Positions 57,901 to 64,000 of a stretch of DNA of 64,000 nt are shown here, in pieces (the first letter of the stretch is position 1; each line of letters opens with the position of its first letter). Made by a program: the position numbers and the translations under genes. Source of the stretch: Deltaproteobacteria bacterium (lineage in GTDB: Bacteria > Desulfobacterota > Binatia > Binatales > Binataceae); the NCBI GenBank assembly GCA_021799495.1, contig JAJZAI010000008.1, positions 21,389 to 85,388 on the forward strand. The letters run 5' to 3'. The notes beneath the pieces were generated by a model that was not told the DNA's origin, ran no database searches, and worked only from the letters and a program-made list of their open reading frames with translations.

Positions 57901-59148
57901 TCATCGGCATCCGCGCGACCCGCGCTCGCCAAGGCTCAGGAGCAGCGCGCCGGCGAGCGCGGACAACGACGATCCCGCCAGAATCGCGAGCTTCGCTTCC
58001 TCGGCCATCGCGGAATGAAAGCCGAAGGCCAACTGCGCGATGAACAGCGACATCGTGAAGCCGATTCCCGCCAGCATCCCGATGCCGATCAACGTGCGGC
58101 CGGCCATCCCGTCGGGCAACTCCCCGACCCCCGTCCGCACCGCCAGCAGCGTCGCGCCGATTACTCCGGCCGGCTTGCCGATCAGCAAGCCAAGCGCCGT
58201 GCCCATCGCGGCGGGCGAGGCGAGCGCGGCCAAGCCGAGGCCGCCGAAGCCCAGCCCGGCGTTGGCGAGCGCGAAAATCGGCAGAATCGCAAAATTGACC
58301 CACGGATTCAGCAGATGCTCCAAACGGCGCAGCGGGGAGTCGCCGCCGCGGTCAGGATGGGTTTCGACGGCGAGAAAATCGCCGGCGCCGTCAACGGACG
58401 CGCGCGGCGGGCCTGGCACGCACATCGCAAGAATGACGCCGGCGATCGTCGGATGCACCCCGCTCATCGCGACCGCGCACCACAAGCCCGCGCCGATCGT
58501 CAAATACGGCCACAGCCGCCGCACGCCCGTCCAGTTCAGCGCGATCAGCGCGGCGGTCGCGGCGGCGGCCATGCCGAGCGCGCCGGGTGAAACCGTCTCG
58601 CCGTAAAACAGCCCGATCACCAGAATCGCGCCGAGGTCGTCGATAATCGCGAGCGCCGTCAGGAACGCGATCGCGGCCGGCGGCACGCGCGATCCCAGCG
58701 CGCGCATCACGCCCAGCGCGAAGGCGATATCGGTCGCCATCGCGATTCCCCATCCGTGCGCCGCGCCGGTGCGCCCCGCGATTGCGGCGTAAATCGCGAT
58801 CGGCGCGATCATCCCGCCGGTCGCGGCGATCGCCGGAGTGGCCGCGGCGCGCGCCGTCCGCAACCGGCCCGCGGTAAGCTCAAATTTGATTTCGAGGCCA
58901 ACCTGCAAAAAGAACACCGCCATCAGCAGGTCGTTGATAAGAAGCTGCAGCGAGGCGAGCGGCGCAAAGGGCCCCACCCGCACGCCGATCGGCATCCGGC
59001 AAAACGCTTCGTAGCCGCCGCTCCACGGAGAGTTCGCCCATCCCAGCGCGATCAGCGCGGAGCCGAGCAGCATCGCGCCCGGCAATCCCTCCCACTCGGC
59101 AATCCGCTTCATCCGCTCCGCACGCTGGCGCGATCGAGGTTTCGCCAT
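57901..59148 (-). CDS. nhaA: Na+/H+ antiporter NhaA
   Basis: INDLLMAVFF, GLEIK, MATDIAF, LAIIDDLG, SGVHPT, PIFALANAG and GIGFTMSLF. Confidence 0.95.
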   Translation of the reverse strand: MAKPRSRQRAERMKRIAEWEGLPGAMLLGSALIALGWANSPWSGGYEAFCRMPIGVRVGPFAPLASLQLLINDLLMAVFFLQVGLEIKFELTAGRLRTARAAATPAIAATGGMIAPIAIYAAIAGRTGAAHGWGIAMATDIAFALGVMRALGSRVPPAAIAFLTALAIIDDLGAILVIGLFYGETVSPGALGMAAAATAALIALNWTGVRRLWPYLTIGAGLWCAVAMSGVHPTIAGVILAMCVPGPPRASVDGAGDFLAVETHPDRGGDSPLRRLEHLLNPWVNFAILPIFALANAGLGFGGLGLAALASPAAMGTALGLLIGKPAGVIGATLLAVRTGVGELPDGMAGRTLIGIGMLAGIGFTMSLFIAQLAFGFHSAMAEEAKLAILAGSSLSALAGALLLSLGERGSRGCR

Positions 59149-59256
59149 GCGGCCAGACCGCCGCGCGGCAATGCGAATCTACGGCGCGCGCGGACGCCGA
59201 TCGAGGCCAACCGGCGGCCCGATGCGCGAATTCTGCTCAGCTGATTATTCCGGCGT

Positions 59257-59745
59257 TCAAGCGCGATGTCCGCCGCCCGGCCCGTTCGGCTCGGGCTTGG
59301 TGCGCGGAACCGCTCCAAATGGCGTGATTTTGAAATCGCCCGCGTCTTTCACTTCGGGCGTCCTGAGCGCCCAATACAGCGCGATGATCCAGCCCGCGAT
59401 CGTCCAGCCAAAGCACAGGTTCAACACGAAGACATTCTGAAAATTGGCTTGCCCGAAGCTGATCGCGGCCGCGGTCGGCAGAAAATAGACCATCACGGCG
59501 AGGATCGGAATCGCCATGAACAACAGCGTATCGCCCCAGGTTCGCTGATCGGTAAGCGGCAGCATCGCGAGTCCGCACAAGAAGGCGAAGCCCACGATGA
59601 AGGCCCAGAGTTTGTGTTCGGGATCGAGGTTGAGCAGCCATCCCACCGACGACGACATAATCGACGCGACAATCAGCGCGACGACCACCGACAAAACAAG
59701 TGTGGCGAGCCATTCGACGAACGCCGGATCGTTGAAAATGCTCAT
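59257..59745 (-). CDS. Superinfection immunity protein (T4 Imm-like domain) with extra N-terminal TMs
   Basis: YFLPTAAA...NVFVLNLCFGWTIAGWIIALYWA signature. Confidence 0.8.
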   Translation of the reverse strand: MSIFNDPAFVEWLATLVLSVVVALIVASIMSSSVGWLLNLDPEHKLWAFIVGFAFLCGLAMLPLTDQRTWGDTLLFMAIPILAVMVYFLPTAAAISFGQANFQNVFVLNLCFGWTIAGWIIALYWALRTPEVKDAGDFKITPFGAVPRTKPEPNGPGGGHRA

Positions 59746-59971
59746 GGCGCAACTAGACCGCTGTTCAGCGTGACCGCTAGTTTAATTAGCGTATATCGTT
59801 AAATAGGTCAAATGTCTATTACAAAGATAAAGATAGCTAAATCCGCGCCCGCCCCCATCGAAAGCCAATCGCGCCGCAATTTTCCCATCGGTGAATTCCT
59901 GGCCCGGCGCTCGTTCGACCTCTTATACGACGTATCGGATATACTCGATACCGGCCAAATCGCCCACGTCG

Positions 59972-60994
59972 ATGACTGATACGTCCAGAGCGCGCGAGTC
60001 GTTGCAGCCGGAGCCGGCGGCCGAAGTGCGCCCAACCAGCTCGCGGCGCCATTACGTGAGCGATCTCATAGCGGTCATCTATATCGGCGCGATCGGGCTG
60101 ATCGCGATGCTCAGCGGCGCCATTTATGTTCTATTCCCCGAATTGGGCGCGCTCTCGTGGGACGTGATGCGCCGGCCGCACGGCCGCTGGGGTTCCGCGC
60201 CTTGGATGCTGGCGCTCACGCCGGCCCTGACCGGCGCGGTCGGCACGGTCGCGACCCGCAATTTGCCGTACGGATTCGCCTCGGTCGCGATCGTCGTATG
60301 CGCATCGATTTTGATTCTGCGGGCGATGCGTTCGCCGATCGCGCCGGCGATTTCCGCCGGCTTGCTGCCGCTCGTGCTCGGCGTCACGAGTTGGTGGTAT
60401 CCACCCGGTATCCTGCTCGGCTCGACGCTGCTGGCGGCGCTGCTGCTCGGATGGCGCCGGTCATCGCCGGCCGCCGCCACGACGCCTCGGTTCGCGGCGT
60501 CGCCCGGCGCCGCCGTCGAATCCGCGCCACATCCAGAACCCTTGCTCGCGCTCGATTGGTTCGCTCCGCTGCTGATTTTCGTCCTGATTGCGGTCGCGAT
60601 GGTCAAGCTGACCGATATGCGCTTTATCCTGTTTCCGCCGCTGGTCGTGCTGCTCTACGAGATGTTCCACGACCCCTATGGATGCCCATGGGCGCCCCAC
60701 CTGGGACGCCTGCCTGTGGTCTGTTTCGCCGCCGCCCTCGGCGGGTTCCTGGTGCATCAGCAGGTTCCGTTGATCCCGCTGGCGGCGGCGCTGAGCATGG
60801 CGTGGGGAGTGATCGTACTGAGGATTTTCCGGACTAACGTGCCGCCCGCGCTGGCGGTGGCGTTGTTGCCGATGGTTATCGATCGCCCAACGATTTTTTA
60901 TCCAATTTCAGTCGGCATCGGGATCGCTCTCGGCGTGCTTTGGTTCGCGATTTTCAGGAGATTTCGCGAGCCCTCACGTATTGTTCACGCCTGA
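59972..60994 (+). CDS. HPP-family-like membrane protein (two repeats)
   Basis: LFPELGAL / LFPPLVVL and SPIAPAISAGLLP / TNVPPALAVALLP repeats; about 10 TMs. Confidence 0.7.
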   Translation: MTDTSRARESLQPEPAAEVRPTSSRRHYVSDLIAVIYIGAIGLIAMLSGAIYVLFPELGALSWDVMRRPHGRWGSAPWMLALTPALTGAVGTVATRNLPYGFASVAIVVCASILILRAMRSPIAPAISAGLLPLVLGVTSWWYPPGILLGSTLLAALLLGWRRSSPAAATTPRFAASPGAAVESAPHPEPLLALDWFAPLLIFVLIAVAMVKLTDMRFILFPPLVVLLYEMFHDPYGCPWAPHLGRLPVVCFAAALGGFLVHQQVPLIPLAAALSMAWGVIVLRIFRTNVPPALAVALLPMVIDRPTIFYPISVGIGIALGVLWFAIFRRFREPSRIVHA

Positions 60995-61247
60995 AGCAGG
61001 CATGAGTCGCGCTTCGCGTTCCTTCGCCGCCGATTCGAATCTTCGCCTATCGCCCCGAAGAACTTGGCGCCAGGAAATCTTGCGCCGACGGCTTGCTTGA
61101 GAAGGTTTGCGAATTTTCTGAAATCGCGAAGAAATCCAGCGTTCGCTTTAAAGCCGATTTAATGCGCAAACTTGAGATTTATCATGGGTTTGCGGATGCG
61201 CAAAAGGATGCTGCGCCAGCGGCGCCAAATTTGCTCAAAATTCAGCC

Positions 61248-61955
61248 ATGCCTTCGATGGCTCGAATCGCGGCAGTCTTGGCCGTCATAATCGCGGCGGC
61301 GATAGCGCTAACCACGCCGGTTCGCGCCACGGATCTGGTCTGCGATTCGACCGCCGATTACTACCTCGGCCGGGAAGATTACACCGGCGCGATCGCGGCG
61401 CATCGCCGTGTGCTCGCCACGAATCCCGGCGACGCGCTCGCGCATTACCATCTTGGCTTCGCCTACGGCATGACCGGCCATCGGCGGGCGGAACTGTCGG
61501 AATATAGCAAAGCCGCGGCGCTGGGCCTGCGGCAATGGGATTTCGAGCTCAATTTCGGACGGGCGGAGCTGGAAAGCGGCGATCCCGCCGCGGCGGCCGG
61601 CGCATTCCAACAAGCGATTGCGCTCGCGCCGCAGCGTCCCGAAGGTTATTACAACCTCGGCCTCGCCGACGAATGCCGCGGGATGCTCCAGCAGGCGCTG
61701 GCAGCCATGACCGCGTCGCTCGCGCTGGAGCCCAATCAGCCCGACGCGCGCAACATGCTCGGCGTCATCTATGCGGAACAAGGCGACTACGCCCGCGCTC
61801 GCAAAGTATGGACACGGCTCGTGCGCACCTCACCCGAATATGCTCCAGCCCGCGAAAATCTGGCGGTGCTTGAGCGGATGGCGTCGCCGCCGAAAGCTCC
61901 CGTCGGCCACGACCGGCCCCAGTTTCGCACGGCGATGGCTGGCGACGCTCGCTGA
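61248..61955 (+). CDS. Secreted tetratricopeptide-repeat protein
   Basis: Signal peptide (VRA|T) and TPR units AHYHLGFAY, GYYNLGLA and ARNMLGVIY. Confidence 0.88.
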   Translation: MPSMARIAAVLAVIIAAAIALTTPVRATDLVCDSTADYYLGREDYTGAIAAHRRVLATNPGDALAHYHLGFAYGMTGHRRAELSEYSKAAALGLRQWDFELNFGRAELESGDPAAAAGAFQQAIALAPQRPEGYYNLGLADECRGMLQQALAAMTASLALEPNQPDARNMLGVIYAEQGDYARARKVWTRLVRTSPEYAPARENLAVLERMASPPKAPVGHDRPQFRTAMAGDAR

Positions 61956-61973
61956 ATTGCGCCGCGCGAGTCT

Positions 61974-62921
61974 CTAAAAGAACGGGATGCGCATCGTAAC
62001 CAGCCACTGATGGTTGAACTCTCGCGCTTGAGTGGCGGCGAATTGCAGGCCCGCGCCAAGCACGAAATAGGCATGCTGGCTCAGCCGGAAGCGGCCAAGG
62101 ATCAGCCCCGGCGTCAAATAAAGCTGCTGCTGGCCGCGCGTCTCGCCGTTGGGATACGCCACCCAGGTGGTCTCGAATTCCGGCCATACCGGGATTACGA
62201 ATCCATCCAAACTGAACTTCCGGCCATATTGAAAGGCGCTGTTCCAGGCCACGGGCGTGCCGAGCTTGCCGGTCTCGCCGTCAGGCACGGAGGGTCCGAT
62301 CGTCGCCTGATAGTCGAACTCGCCGAAGCTCGTCTCGAATCCTTTGCCGAAACCGAGCATCGGCGTGAACACGTCATGATTGGCTGAGACATATTTGTTC
62401 GAGCCGGTCGCGAAGCTGTTGCCGAGCAGAAAGGTGACGACGTAATTCCCCGCGTCGCTGGGCGAAGCGAGAATCCGATACTTGAACAGGAACGTCCAGT
62501 CGCCCCATCCCGAAGTCCGCTCGGCGGCCGGCAGATTCTTCGTGACATAGACCGGATTGCCAAATATCACTTCGGTGTTTTCGGTCGGTATGATTTCCGT
62601 GCCCTTGGCGGCGTAAGTGAAAGTCTGCAAGCCGTGCGGCGCGAAGGCGAAGCCGTTATCGATGCGGATTTCTTGCTGCAAGGTCGGAATCACGGTCACG
62701 ATCGGCGTCATCCAGTCCGGCTGTTCGTATTCATGGGTGTGATGAACCATGTCGATCCAGCGGTTGTAGTAGTCGCCAAGCGTATCGAGCAGCGAATAAT
62801 TGGAGGGCGCCGCCGCGCTCTGCTGCGCCAGCGCGGCTCCGGGAAGCAGGCTCAAGATTGCGCCGGCCAGAGTAGCGCCGGCGGCAATAGCGAGTTTTCG
62901 GAATAAGCGAACTGATTTCAT
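61974..62921 (-). CDS. Putative outer-membrane beta-barrel channel
   Basis: Signal peptide (ALA|Q), QPDWMTPIVTV.P.LQQE, G.GD...FKYR, amphipathic strands and C-terminal MRIPFF. Confidence 0.7.
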   Translation of the reverse strand: MKSVRLFRKLAIAAGATLAGAILSLLPGAALAQQSAAAPSNYSLLDTLGDYYNRWIDMVHHTHEYEQPDWMTPIVTVIPTLQQEIRIDNGFAFAPHGLQTFTYAAKGTEIIPTENTEVIFGNPVYVTKNLPAAERTSGWGDWTFLFKYRILASPSDAGNYVVTFLLGNSFATGSNKYVSANHDVFTPMLGFGKGFETSFGEFDYQATIGPSVPDGETGKLGTPVAWNSAFQYGRKFSLDGFVIPVWPEFETTWVAYPNGETRGQQQLYLTPGLILGRFRLSQHAYFVLGAGLQFAATQAREFNHQWLVTMRIPFF

Positions 62922-62932
62922 GGCGGCGCATA

Positions 62933-62970
62933 ATGCCATTATACGAGCATAAAGACAAGTATCATGGCAT
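62933..62970 (-). promoter_or_regulatory. 12-bp inverted repeat with 14-bp spacer overlapping a TATAAT -10 box (NikR-like operator candidate)
   Basis: ATGCCATTATAC (62933-62944) - N14 - GTATCATGGCAT (62959-62970), one mismatch; minus-strand TATAAT at 62938-62943, 16 bp before the barrel ATG. Confidence 0.6.
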
Positions 62971-63208
62971 CAAAATCGAGGTCTCCTGCCCCGCCGCCAG
63001 CCGCATGACGCCAAATTCCCTGATGCGACGGTTCAGAGTAGAGTGCTGCCGAAATTTATTGCCGAAGAGAAGGAAAATGCCCGATGCAGCCTGAATCAAA
63101 GAAACCTTGAACTGGGGACGGGGAGCCGACGCCGGTCATCGCGCTGATTGATCACGACGCAAAAATCGAGCGGATACAAAAGGTTCGGGCCAGAAACGCT
63201 GGTGGCAG

Positions 63209-64000
63209 ATGAGGACGTCTCGTTTCACGTTTATTGATCTCTTTTGCGGAATTGGCGGGATGCGCCTTGGGCTGGAATCCGCCGGTTGCGAATGCGTGTT
63301 CTCGTCCGATTGGGACGCGCCGGCGCAAACGACTTACGCCGAGAATTTCGGCGAGCGGCCCCACGGCGACATTCGCGCGATAGCATCATCCGAAATTCCG
63401 GATCACGACATCCTCGCGGCCGGATTCCCGTGTCAGCCGTTTTCAATTTCCGGCGTGTCGAAAAAAAACAGCCTCGGCCGGGCGCACGGGTTCCGCGACC
63501 AAACCCAGGCAACCCTTTTCTTCGAAGTAAAGCGAATAATTCACGACCGGCGGCCCGCGGCCTTCCTGCTCGAAAACGTCAAGAACCTGATGAGCCATGA
63601 CCGCGGCCGAACCTTCGCCATAATCCTGCGGTCGCTGGAAGAGGACCTCGGCTACCACGTGGAATACCGGGTCATGGACGCAGCGCGTTTTGTGCCGCAG
63701 CATCGCGAGCGGGTTTATCTCGTGGGATTCAGGGAACCGCGATCGTTCAACTGGCCGGCCCTCCCGACAAAGGCGACCGCTATCGCGGAAATTCTCGAAG
63801 CTCCGGTAGATCCGAAATACACGCTGAGCGATCGCCTGTGGTCATATCTTCAGGATTACGCGCGCAAGCATCGCGCGGCGGGCAACGGATTCGGGTTTGG
63901 ACTGGTCGCCAAAAATGGAATTTCCCGAACGCTCAGTGCGAGATATTACAAGGACGGATCGGAAATTCTCATTCCCCAGGGACGTGCAAATCCGCGCCGG
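63209..64000 (+). CDS. dcm: DNA (cytosine-5)-methyltransferase, Dcm/M.EcoRII-like, truncated by the right edge
   Basis: Absent from the ORF track (no stop in window). Reads MRTSRFTFIDLFCGIGG...GFPCQPFS.SGVSKKNSLGRAHGF...LLENVKNL...PQHRER...GNGFGFGL...RTLSARYYKDGSEILI. Confidence 0.93.
   Translation, partial: MRTSRFTFIDLFCGIGGMRLGLESAGCECVFSSDWDAPAQTTYAENFGERPHGDIRAIASSEIPDHDILAAGFPCQPFSISGVSKKNSLGRAHGFRDQTQATLFFEVKRIIHDRRPAAFLLENVKNLMSHDRGRTFAIILRSLEEDLGYHVEYRVMDAARFVPQHRERVYLVGFREPRSFNWPALPTKATAIAEILEAPVDPKYTLSDRLWSYLQDYARKHRAAGNGFGFGLVAKNGISRTLSARYYKDGSEILIPQGRANPRR

Noticed and set aside
63111-63212. Short open frame ending in ATGA overlap with the C5-MTase start (possible controller gene)
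   Set aside because: Only ~33 codons after an upstream stop, with no good start codon and no HTH motif.
1-64000. CRISPR arrays, tRNA/rRNA genes, transposases, integrases
   Set aside because: None were recognised by eye. Intergenic gaps are short and lack regular repeats; tRNAscan-SE, Infernal and a CRISPR finder would be needed to exclude them formally.

Overview
GC-rich bacterial chromosomal window. Gene content and order suggest a Deltaproteobacteria-like diderm, possibly Binatota; this is an inference. From left to right: (1) an arsenic-resistance operon (arsR-arsC-acr3) preceded on the same strand by an acyl-CoA dehydrogenase, an ArsS-type radical SAM enzyme and a serine hydrolase; (2) housekeeping genes (DUF1054, gpsA, a twin zinc-finger miniprotein, dapB); (3) a ~15 kb respiratory block between dapB and dapL-folK-fsa. 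This block holds an XRE-cupin regulator, two uncharacterised membrane proteins and a co-directional alternative complex III (actA-B-C-D-F, no actE, ActB keeping an FS0-type Cys motif) + caa3-type oxidase operon (cytochrome c-fused subunit II, fused subunit I/III, subunit IV, CtaG); (4) a convergent, overlapping methyltransferase/putative endonuclease pair; (5) a glgX-glgE-treS/mak-glgB-treY-treZ alpha-glucan/trehalose cluster; (6) a CYP102-like P450-reductase fusion, a CoA transferase, small envelope proteins and lgt-tlpA-ctpA-xseA-xseB-tlyA, followed by dtd, trmL and nhaA; (7) an accessory right end with a T4 Imm-like superinfection-immunity gene, HPP and TPR proteins, an outer-membrane barrel behind a NikR-like palindrome, and a Dcm/EcoRII-like C5 methyltransferase running off the window. 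I saw no rRNA, tRNA, CRISPR array or transposase. Calls come from motif recognition by eye; no database searches were run.
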